NCBI GenBank assembly: GCA_016928955.1
Contig: JAFGJV010000054.1
Coordinates: 1 to 60,554, forward strand
Length of the DNA stretch: 60,554 nt
Reading direction: 5' to 3'
From: Spirochaetales bacterium
Lineage (GTDB): Bacteria > Spirochaetota > Spirochaetia > Treponematales > UBA12059
Part shown: positions 26,754-37,414 of the stretch, in pieces
How the letters are laid out: every line of letters begins with the position of its first letter
Position numbering within the stretch: position 1 is the first letter of the stretch
Position numbers and translations under genes: made by a program
Notes under the pieces: model-generated
Told to the model about the DNA's origin: nothing
The model's database searches: none
What the model saw: the letters and a program-made list of their open reading frames with translations, nothing else

Positions 26754-27595
26754 GGCAGCACCCCATCGAGGGCCGCAAACAGGGATTCCAGCCTCGGGAG
26801 TATCTCGTATTCAGCCAGGTCGCCTATGAGCACCCCGTCCTTTGCCTCGAACGCTCCCGCCAGCTCGCGGAGTATTTTGTTAAAGCCGTCAAAGAAGTCA
26901 GCCAGAGCCGCGTCCCCCACCTTGAGGGCTGCCACTTCTGGCGAAAGCCGCATGACATCGGGAAGGACGCGCACGATCTTGTTAATGAGTTCCACCGTCA
27001 GCATCATGGTGCGTATGGCTTCCGGATCCTTGCCGGTCTGCATCCGCACGGGCACCTCGGCCAGGTCCGGAGCCAAACCCGTAAAAAGGCGGGAAGCGCT
27101 GCGAAGGGAACCGAGCGGATCTTCCACCTCAGACAGGCGCTCTCCGAAGAACGACATGAGCTTGCCAGCGCTTCCGGACGCATCGGCAAGGCCCGAGTCC
27201 AGTTCCGTACCGAACGCGTCTAAAAACGACAGCTCTTCGGCCGAGTGGAGGCCGGAGAACGACGTTCGGTAGGTGGACCATGCCTGGCGGAGGGCGGGCA
27301 GGGCTTCAGGGCCTGCCTTTGACGCGGAGTCCAGCAGGGCAAGCAGGGTGCGGAGGGCCTCCGTCCGGAATGCAGACACGCTTTCCGCGCGTACATCCAG
27401 TGTGCCGGGGCCGTCAGCGGGCGTGTGGGCCAGTTCCGACAGCCTGTCCGCGTCCAATTCCGCCCCGTTCAGGCTGAGCGCGGTTATGATAAGCCCCGCG
27501 GCCTCGAGCCGTTCATCCACAACGCCAAGAATCTCAGCCAGGTTGGCCGCGCCTTCCGCCATGGATGTGGGTTTTCCGTTTACTGTGATGTCCAT
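26750..27595 (-). CDS. Hypothetical protein downstream of fliD
   Basis: 281-aa ORF, AGGAG RBS, C-terminal DGVLIGDLAEYEI motif. Confidence 0.8.
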   Translation of the reverse strand: MDITVNGKPTSMAEGAANLAEILGVVDERLEAAGLIITALSLNGAELDADRLSELAHTPADGPGTLDVRAESVSAFRTEALRTLLALLDSASKAGPEALPALRQAWSTYRTSFSGLHSAEELSFLDAFGTELDSGLADASGSAGKLMSFFGERLSEVEDPLGSLRSASRLFTGLAPDLAEVPVRMQTGKDPEAIRTMMLTVELINKIVRVLPDVMRLSPEVAALKVGDAALADFFDGFNKILRELAGAFEAKDGVLIGDLAEYEILPRLESLFAALDGVLP

Positions 27596-27655
27596 ACATT
27601 CTCCTGGCGTCCCGTAGATGCCACACGCGCGGCCACCCGGGTTTCGCGGTCGTAG

Positions 27656-29650
27656 TTAGTCGCCCTGATTCATGAAATTCTGCCAGGCGCTCGAGCTACT
27701 TTCCATCTGCTCAAGCGCACCCTCCATCATACCGTACTTGCGGCGGTATTCTTCTTCCTTTGCTGCCAGCTGTTTGTCCAAGCTGGCAATCTCGGAGTTT
27801 ATGGAGCTGATCTGGCTGTCAAAGGTCGACGTTTTGAGAGCTATGATGCCGCCGGTTTCCACATAGCCCTTGGTGAGCGTGTCCAGCTTGAGGGCCACGC
27901 CAGAGTCTATGAGCAGGTCGCCATCGGTGTCGAAGCCGAACGTGTCTTTGCTCCGGAGGAAGAAATCCTTGAGGGCGCGATCCAGCTTGTCTTCGTCGAT
28001 GTCCAGATAGCCTCGGAGCCTGGACGCGTCATAGCCGCCTCCCGACGTGGCGTTGGTGCTGATGCCCATGGCGGACAGAAGCGACGCTCCATCCCGGGTC
28101 GCGTAGGGATCCATCATGATGCGCTGGAGATTCGACCGTATGGACGACAGGGTCATGTCGCCCTGCATGAGCCCGAGGCGTTCGGAGTAGGTTTCCCTCT
28201 CGTCGTCGGACAGGTACTCCAGCTCGTCCAGGATAGTCTGGTCGGCCCGGGACAGGATGTTGATCTCGGCCATGAGCCGGTTGTACTTGCCCACCAGGTC
28301 TATGACGGAATCCTTCACGGCCTCGCGGTCGGGCTCTATGGTGAGGTCCACGGGTTCCTTGGACGGGCGTTTGACGTCCAGCGTCACCCCGGGTATGAGG
28401 TCGTCTATGGAGTTGTCCGGGCGGGTAACCTGTATGCCGTCCATTTTTATGACGGCGTCCTGGGCGGTGGACACGGGATTCTTGGGGGAAAAGCCGGATA
28501 CCTCGTTCGGATCGTACACGCGGATCGACGTTATCCGGACGTCCCGGTGGGTGTTCTGGTTTCGCACGCCAAGGCCGGCCACCGTGTCCGAGTATGCGGA
28601 CAGGGGTACCGTTATGGTCTTGTATCCCCCGCCAGCTTCCAGGGCCGGCAGGGCGTAGGAGCGGCCCGAACCGTCTATGAGGTACAGGACCCGTCCGTTG
28701 TCAACGCGGGGCGGCTGAACGGGAGGAGCCCATTCGGGCAGCTCGGCGTCCGACGGGAGGCTGTTTATGTGGATGCCTTCATAGTCGATGCCGCCTATGC
28801 CAGGTATGGCGGGGCCTGGCGGGGGGCCGCTTAGGCCTTCATCGGGCCGCTCAGCCAGCTCGACGACGATTTCCATAACCAGGCCAGAGCTGGGTAGGGC
28901 GGAGGGGAGCCGGGACGCGGCCTCGCCCCCGGGGCTGACCGTGAGGACCTTGCCATCGGTGCGGGCCTTTGCCGCGTCCAGTGGCTGTTCGAAACGGGAC
29001 AGGGGGCTCAAGGCCAGTTCCTGCCTGGATGACCGGCTGGGTTCTATGAGACCGGCCGAAAGCCCCAGGCTTTCAGCAGCATCCGTAAAGGTCAGGCGGT
29101 TGTCCTTGCCGGTTTTCATGGATTCTATGACGAGGACCCGGGCATCGGGGCTGACGTTGACCACCTGGGCCCGGACCAGCTCGGGATTCTTCTTGTTCAG
29201 GGCGGCTACGAAGTCATCCAGCGTGCCGCCGGAGAAGGATAGCTTGACCGACCCGTCGCCGACGCCGAACACGTAGGTGCCAGCGGGAACTGTGTAGTCC
29301 TTGCCCAGCTGGTCGGACATGAAACGGTCGGCCGCGGCCGCCTGGAGCACCTCGATGGAATGGGTCGCCTCCACGGCTTCCCTGGTCGCCGTGGCCTCAA
29401 GCACGGACGGATTGGCCGACGTGGCCACGCGCTCGTTGAAAGGGGTCTGGAAGGAGAACAGCACCCGCGCGCTCTCCCGCAACGACGACAGCTTGCGGCT
29501 GAATTCCAGCCACACGGTCTTTTGGAGCTTGACTTCCTCAAGGCGCTCGGCCGCGCGATCCCTGGGGATGCGCTCGACCTTCATGAGCCCCTCGATGAGC
29601 GTCTGAGTGTCGTATTTGCTTGTTACCCCCGGGATGGTGACGTCCGACAT
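27656..29650 (-). CDS. fliD: Flagellar filament cap protein
   Basis: IPGV..KYDT..LIE N-terminus, AQDAVIKMDGI..R..N.IDDLIPGVTL, coiled C-terminus. Confidence 0.95.
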   Translation of the reverse strand: MSDVTIPGVTSKYDTQTLIEGLMKVERIPRDRAAERLEEVKLQKTVWLEFSRKLSSLRESARVLFSFQTPFNERVATSANPSVLEATATREAVEATHSIEVLQAAAADRFMSDQLGKDYTVPAGTYVFGVGDGSVKLSFSGGTLDDFVAALNKKNPELVRAQVVNVSPDARVLVIESMKTGKDNRLTFTDAAESLGLSAGLIEPSRSSRQELALSPLSRFEQPLDAAKARTDGKVLTVSPGGEAASRLPSALPSSGLVMEIVVELAERPDEGLSGPPPGPAIPGIGGIDYEGIHINSLPSDAELPEWAPPVQPPRVDNGRVLYLIDGSGRSYALPALEAGGGYKTITVPLSAYSDTVAGLGVRNQNTHRDVRITSIRVYDPNEVSGFSPKNPVSTAQDAVIKMDGIQVTRPDNSIDDLIPGVTLDVKRPSKEPVDLTIEPDREAVKDSVIDLVGKYNRLMAEINILSRADQTILDELEYLSDDERETYSERLGLMQGDMTLSSIRSNLQRIMMDPYATRDGASLLSAMGISTNATSGGGYDASRLRGYLDIDEDKLDRALKDFFLRSKDTFGFDTDGDLLIDSGVALKLDTLTKGYVETGGIIALKTSTFDSQISSINSEIASLDKQLAAKEEEYRRKYGMMEGALEQMESSSSAWQNFMNQGD

Positions 29651-29722
29651 TGGGCTACGCTCGCTCCTTCCGGCCAGGATGGCAGCGGAGACCGGCCCTG
29701 GCCGTCCTGCACGCTCCGCGTG

Positions 29723-30061
29723 CTAGGCCCGCTCGTCGAACAGGATGCCCATCACCTCTCGGATGCGCTCGTGCACGTGCTGGACCTCGGCGGGCGGGAT
29801 CTCCCGTATAACCTTATCGGTTGCGTTGTCTATGACCTTGACGACAACCTGGCCGAGTTTCTCGTTCAGGCGGAAGGACAGCCGGCGGTTGAAGGTAGCG
29901 CTGATATCGGTCAGCTTGGCAAGCATCTCCTCGATATCGGGGGCGCTTTCTTTCCTGTCCGGCGCTTCAGCTGCGGCCTGAACAGCCTGTTCCACTGCCC
30001 GTGGCTTCTGAACGGTGAGTATGGCTTGCGCCGGGGTCACGGCGCTGATTTCGAGGGACAT
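29723..30061 (-). CDS. flaG: Flagellar protein FlaG
   Basis: VVKVID..TDKVIREIPP..GILFDE; AAGGAGG RBS before ATG 30061. Confidence 0.92.
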   Translation of the reverse strand: MSLEISAVTPAQAILTVQKPRAVEQAVQAAAEAPDRKESAPDIEEMLAKLTDISATFNRRLSFRLNEKLGQVVVKVIDNATDKVIREIPPAEVQHVHERIREVMGILFDERA

Positions 30062-30193
30062 ACGCTCCTCCTTGAAAAAGAGGCACAAGGAGGGGGGCGC
30101 GATCCCCTCCTGCACCTGCCTGCGTCCACGTCCGGGAAAGACGACGTCCAGGAAGCTCTCCTTTACGTGAACGCGTGAACGGTTTTTACAGCA

Positions 30194-31045
30194 TTACCCC
30201 AACAGCTGCATGACCGACTGGGTCCTGGTGTTGGCCTGGGCGAGCATGGCTCCACCGGCCTGAGACAGGATGGTGTTCTTTACGTAGTTCACCATCTCGT
30301 TGGCCATGTCGGTGTCGCGGATGCGGCTCTCTGCGGCCTGCAGGTTCTCAGCGGCAATGGCGACGCCCTTGGCGGCCATCTCAAAGCGGTTCTGGTAGGC
30401 GCCAAGGTCGGCGCGCTGCTGTGAAACCGTCCGGAGGGCGGCGTCCAGCATGCCGATGGCCCTATTGGCGGCCTCGGGATCCTCGATGGAGATGGTCTCC
30501 TCAGTACCCTGGATCTTCTCAAGACCAAGGGCCTGGGCGGTCATGGTGCCGATGTAAATGCGCTCGTTCTGGTCCATGTTGGCGCCGACCTGCAGCTGCA
30601 TGACCTGGGTGCCGCCGTTCCTTGAGAAACGGCCGGTGAGCAGGTTCATGCCATTGAACTGCGCGTGGCTGGCGATGCGGTTGATCTCGTCGACCAGCTG
30701 GGAAACCTCAACCTGGATCTGCATGCGGTCCTCGGCGGTGTAAATGCCGTTGGCGGACTGCACGGACAGCTCGCGGAGCCTGTGCAGGATATCCTGCGAC
30801 TCCTGGAGGTACCCTTCGGTGGTCTGGATGAAGGACACGCCGTTTTCGATGTTCTTGGTGGCCTGGTTCAGGCCGCGGATCTGGCTGCGGAGCTTTTCCG
30901 AAACGGCCAGGCCGGAAGCGTCGTCGCCGGCGCGGTTGATGCGCATGCCGGAACTCAGCTTCTCCATGTTCTTGTTGAGCTCGGACTGGGTGACGCCCAG
31001 GGACCTCGATGCGTACATCGCGCTCATGTTGTGGTTGATGATCAT
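30194..31045 (-). CDS. flaB: Periplasmic flagellar core flagellin
   Basis: [34 protein letters not shown]. Confidence 0.97.
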   Translation of the reverse strand: MIINHNMSAMYASRSLGVTQSELNKNMEKLSSGMRINRAGDDASGLAVSEKLRSQIRGLNQATKNIENGVSFIQTTEGYLQESQDILHRLRELSVQSANGIYTAEDRMQIQVEVSQLVDEINRIASHAQFNGMNLLTGRFSRNGGTQVMQLQVGANMDQNERIYIGTMTAQALGLEKIQGTEETISIEDPEAANRAIGMLDAALRTVSQQRADLGAYQNRFEMAAKGVAIAAENLQAAESRIRDTDMANEMVNYVKNTILSQAGGAMLAQANTRTQSVMQLLG

Positions 31046-31421
31046 ATGACCCTCCTTGCGGACTCACGTCGCGGCAATCCGTGCCGCGCGTCCCGCGCGC
31101 ATGGCTTATGTCCGGGGCCGGGATTCGATAGGTTCGCGCCCTCTCCCGTCCGTTCATGCCCCGTGCGGCGGGGAATCAGCTCCAGGGCTTTGGCGTCCGC
31201 GCCTGTGGCGTCCGCTTAAGCGACCAAGGGCTGCCTCCCCGTCGGCATGCGCATGAGGGTGTTTGTCAAAGATCAGGCGGGCCGGCACGGAACCTGCAAA
31301 GGCCCCGCCGGCAACCCGCATTCAGAAACCCCGATGGCGTTCACTCGTGAACCGCCGGGGAAGGAAGCCTGGAAGGCCGCTTTTATGGCGACCCTCCAGG
31401 ACCAACCTTAACTATATCCCC

Positions 31422-32282
31422 TTACTGGAGCAGCTGCAAGACCGCGGCCGTCTTCTGGTTGGCCTGGGCCAGCATGGCGTTGGACGCCTGCATGAGGATC
31501 TGGTTCTTGGAGTACTCGACCATCTCGTGGGCCATGTCCGCGTCGCGGATGCGGCTCTCGGCGGCCTGCATGTTCTCCGCGCCGATGTCGATGCCCTTGA
31601 TGGCGTGTTCGAGGCGGTTCTGGTAGGCGCCAAGGTCGGCGCGCTGCTTGGAAACCTTCTTCAGGGCTGCGTCCAGGACACCGATGGACCTGTTGGCGCC
31701 GTCGGGGGAGGACAGGGACAGGATTTCGTCGCTCGAAACCTGCTTGACGCCCAGACCCTTGGCGGTCATGGTGCCGATGAACACCTGCTCGCGCTGGTCC
31801 ATGTTGGCGCCGATGTGGAACCACATCGAGCCGGTCACGATGTTCTCGCCGTCGGCGCGGGCAAAGCGGCCGGTCAGGAGGTTCATGCCGTTGAACTGGG
31901 CATGGCTGGCTATGCGGTCGATTTCGTCGATCAGCTGGGACACCTCGACCTGGATCTGCATGCGGTCCTCGGCGGAATAGATGCCGTTGGACGCCTGGAC
32001 GGACAGCTCGCGGAGTCTCTGGATGATGTCCTGGGTTTCCTGGAGATAGCCTTCAGTCGTCTGGATGAACGATATGCCGTTCAGGCCGTTCTTGGACGCC
32101 TGGTTGAGGCCGCGGATCTGGCTGCGGAGCTTTTCCGACACGGCCAGGCCGGACGCGTCGTCCCCGGCGCGGTTGATGCGCATGCCGGAGCTGAGCTTTT
32201 CCATGTTCTTGTCAACGTTCAGGTTGTTGATCCCGAGCTGGCGGTTGGCGTACATGGCGCTGAGATTGTGGTTGATGATCAT
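31422..32282 (-). CDS. flaB: Periplasmic flagellar core flagellin (paralogue)
   Basis: Same flagellin motifs; [11 protein letters not shown]. Confidence 0.97.
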   Translation of the reverse strand: MIINHNLSAMYANRQLGINNLNVDKNMEKLSSGMRINRAGDDASGLAVSEKLRSQIRGLNQASKNGLNGISFIQTTEGYLQETQDIIQRLRELSVQASNGIYSAEDRMQIQVEVSQLIDEIDRIASHAQFNGMNLLTGRFARADGENIVTGSMWFHIGANMDQREQVFIGTMTAKGLGVKQVSSDEILSLSSPDGANRSIGVLDAALKKVSKQRADLGAYQNRLEHAIKGIDIGAENMQAAESRIRDADMAHEMVEYSKNQILMQASNAMLAQANQKTAAVLQLLQ

Positions 32283-32506
32283 GACTTCCTCCTTGAGTCG
32301 GTACGGGAAGCATCCGTGCTTCCCTTATCATCCCGATGTCGGCTGTGTTACCCTACGGACGGCCCTCCCTTCCGCCCATCCGCGTCCGGCTATCCTCCAA
32401 CGGAGGCGTTAAGCCGGCTCGCATGGCGGCCGATCATCGTGGGGAGGAGCGCTCCGGGTGTGTCCGGCCATCCTGGCCGCCCCGGTGTGGGCTCTCCCCG
32501 TTCCTT

Positions 32507-32534
32507 ATATCGGCAGGGCTACCGGAAAACTTGA
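32507..32534 (-). promoter_or_regulatory. sigma28 (FliA) promoter of flaB
   Basis: Minus strand TCAA-N16-GCCGATAT. Confidence 0.8.
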
Positions 32535-32672
32535 GCGGAAATCGAAAAAAAACCACCCCGGCAAGCGGGCCCCCAAAATCCTACCCGGAGCTAGCGTTGC
32601 CGGCCGGCATACCGACCCTCAGGCGCGAGCGGCCGTCCTTGCCAGAATCCGCCAACGATATATACTGCAAGC

Positions 32673-33602
32673 ATGAAAGCACAGGAATTCTCATATATCT
32701 CGGACGACGGCAAGAGCATACACGTGCGGCGCTGGACCCCGTCGGGCAAGCCTTTGGCCCTGATCCTGGCAGCGCACGGCATGGCTGAGCACGGAGGGCG
32801 CTACGCTGCCTTTGCCGAGGCCATGACAGGCCGCGGCTACGAAGTGTGGGCCCCCGACCACCGCGGACACGGTAAAACGGCGGCTGAAGGCGAGTTGGGA
32901 TGGCTGGCCGAGAAAGACGGTTTCCGGAGGGTGGTGGACGACCTTCACGGCCTGGCCGAACGCATGCGCTCGGACGTTCCCGGCGTTCCCTTGTTCCTGC
33001 TCGGCCATTCCTGGGGATCCATGTTGTCCCAGGGCTTCGTCGGCCTGTACGGCAAGCTCTTGTCGGGCTGTATCCTGTCGTCAACCACGGCCGACGGAGG
33101 CCCGGTGGCGGCCGTGGGCAAGCTGATCGTCGCCCTCGGAGGCCGGATGCGCGGGTGGAAAACGCCGTCTCCCCTGGCCGACACCATGAGCTTTGGCGCG
33201 TACAACAAGCCCTTCAAGCCAACGCGGACAAAATTCGACTGGCTGTCCCGAGACAACGCCGAGGTTGACGCATACGTGGCGGACCCCTTCTGCGGTTTTG
33301 TGTGCACCTGGGGGTATTTCCGTGACATCCTGTCCGGCATGAGCTGGATGTCGTCCCGGGACGTGAGAAACGGCATTCCCAAGGACCTGCCGATTCTGTT
33401 GGCTTCCGGCACGGACGACCCCCTGGGAGGCACCAGCGGCGGACTCCAGCGCCTGATCGACGCGTACAAGGCGCAGGGCCTTACATCGGTGGACGTGTCG
33501 CTCTACAAGGGCGGACGGCACGAACTGCTCCATGAGACCAACAGGGCGGAGGTCACAGGCGATATCGGGGACTGGATAGCCCGGCACCTGCCGGCCAGGT
33601 AA
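32673..33602 (+). CDS. Alpha/beta hydrolase (lysophospholipase-like)
   Basis: HGMAEH, DHRGHG, GHSWG nucleophile elbow, RHELLHE. Confidence 0.92.
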   Translation: MKAQEFSYISDDGKSIHVRRWTPSGKPLALILAAHGMAEHGGRYAAFAEAMTGRGYEVWAPDHRGHGKTAAEGELGWLAEKDGFRRVVDDLHGLAERMRSDVPGVPLFLLGHSWGSMLSQGFVGLYGKLLSGCILSSTTADGGPVAAVGKLIVALGGRMRGWKTPSPLADTMSFGAYNKPFKPTRTKFDWLSRDNAEVDAYVADPFCGFVCTWGYFRDILSGMSWMSSRDVRNGIPKDLPILLASGTDDPLGGTSGGLQRLIDAYKAQGLTSVDVSLYKGGRHELLHETNRAEVTGDIGDWIARHLPAR

Positions 33603-33763
33603 GAAGCCCGGGGAGAGTCCGGCCGGACCTTCCCCGGCGCATCTTGCCTCCCGGGCCCGGCAAGGAGTATAGTGTACCAGCCTGGGCGGGCGAGGCCTCC
33701 GCAGGCGCCCGCCGGACGTTATCCACGCGGTTCGGGCTTTCAAAACCAAGGCCAGAGGACATC

Positions 33764-35059
33764 TTGCTTATACGCTACCATACGGGCCCCGACGGCAAAC
33801 CGGTAAAAAAAGCCGTCGTGTACACCAGAAACGAGCATGGCATACAGCCGCGGTCCGTCGACCAGGACGCGGTCCGTATCGTGGAACGCCTCAGGCAGAA
33901 CGGCCACGACGCGTACATAGTCGGCGGGGCCGTGCGCGACCTTTTGGTCGGCAGGGTGCCAAAAGACTACGACATCGTCACGGACGCCGAACCGAGCCGG
34001 ATCAAGCGGCTGTTTTACCGTTCGAGGATCATAGGCAAGCGTTTCCGCCTGGTGCACGTGTACGTGGGCCAGCGCATATACGAGGTGTCAACCTTCCGTT
34101 CCATCAGCAACGGCACCGTGGGCAACACCTACGGCACGATCGACGAGGATGCCCGCCGCAGGGACTTCAGCATGAACGCCCTGTACTTTGACCCGACCGA
34201 GGGCATCATTGTCGATTACGTCAACGGACTGAAGGACATCAAGGCTCGCAGGGTAATGCCCGTCATACCCCTGGCCAGCATTTTCTCCGAAGATCCGGTG
34301 CGCATGATACGCGCGGTCAAATACGCCTGCGCCACAGGTTTTTCCATACCCCTCCTGACCCGTATGGCCATACGCCGGAACGCGGCCGCCTTGGCGTCGG
34401 CATCGGTGTCCCGCCTGGGAGAGGAAGCCATCAAGATACTCGGTTCCGGCCATGCCGGAGCCATTATAGACATGCTCCACGCCTACAAGCTCCTGGCTTA
34501 CATCCTGCCTGAGGTGGGAACGGCGCTCGCGGACAAGGGCGCAGAGGCGGACAAGCTACGGGAGGCACTCAGGTCATTAGACGACCACGTGCGTTCGGCC
34601 GGCGACAAAACCTTGGGAACGCTCTTGTCCTTCCTGGTCAAGTTGCCCGTGGACAAGGCGGCGGCTTTGCCGGCGCCTGACGTTCAGACAGCGGCCCGCA
34701 ACGCCATGGACGCGGCCCGCGCTTTCCTCTCGCCACTCACCCTGCCGAGGGTCGAACTGGAGGCCGCCGTGGCGTCCGTCTTTGTGGCCCCGGAATTTCC
34801 CGCCCGCGTCAGGAAGGCGCGCAAGCGCAAGCGACGAAAGCCGGGTTCGCGCACGGACGCGCAGGATGCCGCCGCTCCGGACGGGGAAGCCGCAGAGGCG
34901 GCTGAGTCAGGTACGGACGGGCGCGCTACCGACCAGGGAGGCAACGGGCCGGACCGTCAAACAGGCACGTCTGCGTCGGCGCGCCGCAGGAAGCGCAGGC
35001 GCAAGGCAGCAGCCAAGCGTTCGGACGGAGCCCAGGACGGCTCCGCCCCCGGACAGTGA
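33764..35059 (+). CDS. pcnB: Poly(A) polymerase
   Basis: VGGAVRDLL..PKDYD, IIGKRFRLVHV signature, RRDFSMNAL, EDPVRMIRA; TTG start with GAGG RBS. Confidence 0.9.
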   Translation: MLIRYHTGPDGKPVKKAVVYTRNEHGIQPRSVDQDAVRIVERLRQNGHDAYIVGGAVRDLLVGRVPKDYDIVTDAEPSRIKRLFYRSRIIGKRFRLVHVYVGQRIYEVSTFRSISNGTVGNTYGTIDEDARRRDFSMNALYFDPTEGIIVDYVNGLKDIKARRVMPVIPLASIFSEDPVRMIRAVKYACATGFSIPLLTRMAIRRNAAALASASVSRLGEEAIKILGSGHAGAIIDMLHAYKLLAYILPEVGTALADKGAEADKLREALRSLDDHVRSAGDKTLGTLLSFLVKLPVDKAAALPAPDVQTAARNAMDAARAFLSPLTLPRVELEAAVASVFVAPEFPARVRKARKRKRRKPGSRTDAQDAAAPDGEAAEAAESGTDGRATDQGGNGPDRQTGTSASARRRKRRRKAAAKRSDGAQDGSAPGQ

Positions 35060-35104
35060 TCCGTCCCGCTTGACACTCAAGAAGCATTTTCGGATGATGC
35101 CAAC

Positions 35105-35809
35105 GTGAACGTCGAACGCCTGAACGGACTATCCCTTGAAGCTCTCTACGCCTTGGCCGAGAAAATGGGCCTGGATCTGCCCGCTGGGCTGGAACGGGTG
35201 TTCGTGGTCGAGGCCGTGCTGGAGGCCTTTGACGAGGATAATGAGGAGCGCCGCGCGTCCGGGGACGCGGCCATCCATATCGAGGAAAAGAAATTCTCCG
35301 GCTCGGAACTGGACGAGATCGACGCGTCGCTGGACGCGGCTCCGTGCATCGTTGGCAGGTACAACGAGACGGTCATCCATTGCGTGCCCCGGGACCATGA
35401 GTGGGCCTTTGCGTTCTGGGACGTGAGGGACGACGAGCAGGACCTGCTCAAGGCCGAGGGCGGTTTTTCAGGCTTTTTCCTCCGCGTGGTCAAAAACCCG
35501 TCCCATGACGGCAAAGGGTCGTCAGGCTTTGACATACCGGTCGAGGACGACGACAACCACTGGTACATCCACCTTCCCGAGCAGGATACCGTGTACAGGC
35601 TGGATCTGTGCGCGCGCTTTGGCGCCAAATTCCGGCCTATAGCCCATTCGCACGCTTTCAGGACACCCCGCTCGGTGCTCACTACCGCCGACGATGGCCT
35701 AGAGCCCAAGCAGGCAGCGCTGGCTGGCTTGTCAGGCATAGACCATCTCATGATCCAGAACCTTCCCGATCGTCATCCCTCCCGCATACTCGGCGGCTTT
35801 GACGACTAG
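35105..35809 (+). CDS. DUF4912-like protein
   Basis: YNET.I...PRD..WAFAFWD, WYI motif; precedes GH57. Confidence 0.75.
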   Translation: MNVERLNGLSLEALYALAEKMGLDLPAGLERVFVVEAVLEAFDEDNEERRASGDAAIHIEEKKFSGSELDEIDASLDAAPCIVGRYNETVIHCVPRDHEWAFAFWDVRDDEQDLLKAEGGFSGFFLRVVKNPSHDGKGSSGFDIPVEDDDNHWYIHLPEQDTVYRLDLCARFGAKFRPIAHSHAFRTPRSVLTTADDGLEPKQAALAGLSGIDHLMIQNLPDRHPSRILGGFDD

Positions 35810-35824
35810 GGCGGAGGCATACTC

Positions 35825-37411
35825 GTGCAAACCGGAACCATTGCCCTGGTCTTGAACGCCCATCTCCCTTTTGTCAGGCAGCCGGATTATCCTCGCTTCC
35901 TGGAGGAGCGCTGGCTGTTCGAGTCCCTGTCAGAAACCTATCTCCCCCTGTTGCGCCTGTTCGCGCGCCTTGAGGCCGAGCACATACCCTGGAAGCTGAC
36001 CATGGCCATATCGCCCACGCTCCAGGCCATGCTGTCCGACAAGCTCCTGCGCGAGCGCTACTCGTCATGGCTTGAAACCCAGCTCGAGCTCGCCGAGCGC
36101 GAGCTGGCCAGGGTAGGCTCCGACCCGGTGCAGGGACCCCTTGCCCGCATGTACCACGACCTCTACCGCCAGAACCTGGAGGATTTCAACGTCCTGCACG
36201 GCGGCAACATACTGGGCGCCATAGATTTCTACTTCAAGAAGGGCCGGCTGGATCTCCTGACCAGCGGCGCAACGCAGGCCTTCCTGCCCATTTACCGCTG
36301 TTTCCCCGAGGCGGTGGCCGCCCAGGTGGAGGCATCCGTCGTTTCGTACCGCGCAACCTTCGGGCGCTCGCCGTCCGGATTCTGGATGCCCCAGCTGGGC
36401 TGGTACCCCGGCGTGGAGTCCATACTGGCGGCATACGGATTGTCCTACAGCGTGGTGTCCACGCGGGGCGCCATGCTGGGCAAGCCCACGCCCAAGGCGG
36501 GATCCTACGCCCCCGTTGCCTGCCCGAACGGTTTCACCGCCTTTGTTCGCGACGTTGCCGCCACCGAGGCCGTATGGTCGGAGACTGAGGGGTATCCGGC
36601 AGATCCAGCGTACAGGGATTTTTACCGCGACATAGGTTTTGACCTGCCTTTGGACTACGTGGGTCCATACGTCGAGCAGGGACAGATACGGACCTTCACG
36701 GGTTTCAAATACTGGGCCGTGACGGGCCCGGGCGACGACAAAAAACCTTACGACCCTGAGCTGGCTTCGGCCAAGGCCGTGGAGCACGCGGAAAACTTCC
36801 TGTACAACAGGGCACGGCAGGCGCGCAAGGCTGCCGCCCTCATGGACAGGCCACCCCTCATGGTGGCGCCCTACGACGCCGAACTGTTCGGCCATTGGTG
36901 GTTCGAGGGCATACAGTGGCTCGAGGCCCTGTTCCGCAAGGCACAGGGCACCTCGGAGCTGGCGTTCACCACGCTGGCCGAGTACAAGAAAAACTGGCCA
37001 GACAATCAGGAGTCCTTGCCGGAGTTCTCAAGCTGGGGCGACGGCGGCTACGCGGGGATATGGCTGGAAAAGGCCAACGACTGGGTATACCGGCACACCT
37101 TCAAGATGATAGAGCGCATGATAGAGCTCGCCGAGCGCTTTCCCAACGAAAGCGGCCTCAGGGAGCGGGTGCTCAACCAGGCCGCCCGCGAGGTGCTGCT
37201 CTCCCAGGCGGCGGACTGGCCCTTCCTCTTGCGTTCGGGCAAGTCAGGCTCGTTCGCGCGCAAGCAGATAGAGGACGCGGTGACCAATTTCAACCGCATC
37301 TACGAAATGCTGTGCGCCAACACTGTTGGTACCGAGTGGCTGACCCGGCTCGAGAAACGCAACAACATCTTCCCGTCCATCAACTACCGCATATTCAGGC
37401 GCAAGCGCTAG
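35825..37411 (+). CDS. GH57 family protein (branching-enzyme type)
   Basis: LNAHLPFV, ETYLPLL, PYDAELFGHWWFEG, SSWG, QAAREVLL.Q.ADWPF. Confidence 0.92.
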   Translation: MQTGTIALVLNAHLPFVRQPDYPRFLEERWLFESLSETYLPLLRLFARLEAEHIPWKLTMAISPTLQAMLSDKLLRERYSSWLETQLELAERELARVGSDPVQGPLARMYHDLYRQNLEDFNVLHGGNILGAIDFYFKKGRLDLLTSGATQAFLPIYRCFPEAVAAQVEASVVSYRATFGRSPSGFWMPQLGWYPGVESILAAYGLSYSVVSTRGAMLGKPTPKAGSYAPVACPNGFTAFVRDVAATEAVWSETEGYPADPAYRDFYRDIGFDLPLDYVGPYVEQGQIRTFTGFKYWAVTGPGDDKKPYDPELASAKAVEHAENFLYNRARQARKAAALMDRPPLMVAPYDAELFGHWWFEGIQWLEALFRKAQGTSELAFTTLAEYKKNWPDNQESLPEFSSWGDGGYAGIWLEKANDWVYRHTFKMIERMIELAERFPNESGLRERVLNQAAREVLLSQAADWPFLLRSGKSGSFARKQIEDAVTNFNRIYEMLCANTVGTEWLTRLEKRNNIFPSINYRIFRRKR

Positions 37412-37414
37412 GGC

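Noticed and set aside
30194..32282. Tandem flaB similarity as a recombination/phase-variation cassette
   Set aside because: Both copies are complete with their own SD; multiple FlaB paralogues are normal in spirochaetes.
31263..32534. Long antisense ORFs (423 aa over flaB; similarly 48079-49467, 23056-24192, 42494-43582)
   Set aside because: Stop-poor shadow frames expected opposite high-GC genes; no motifs.
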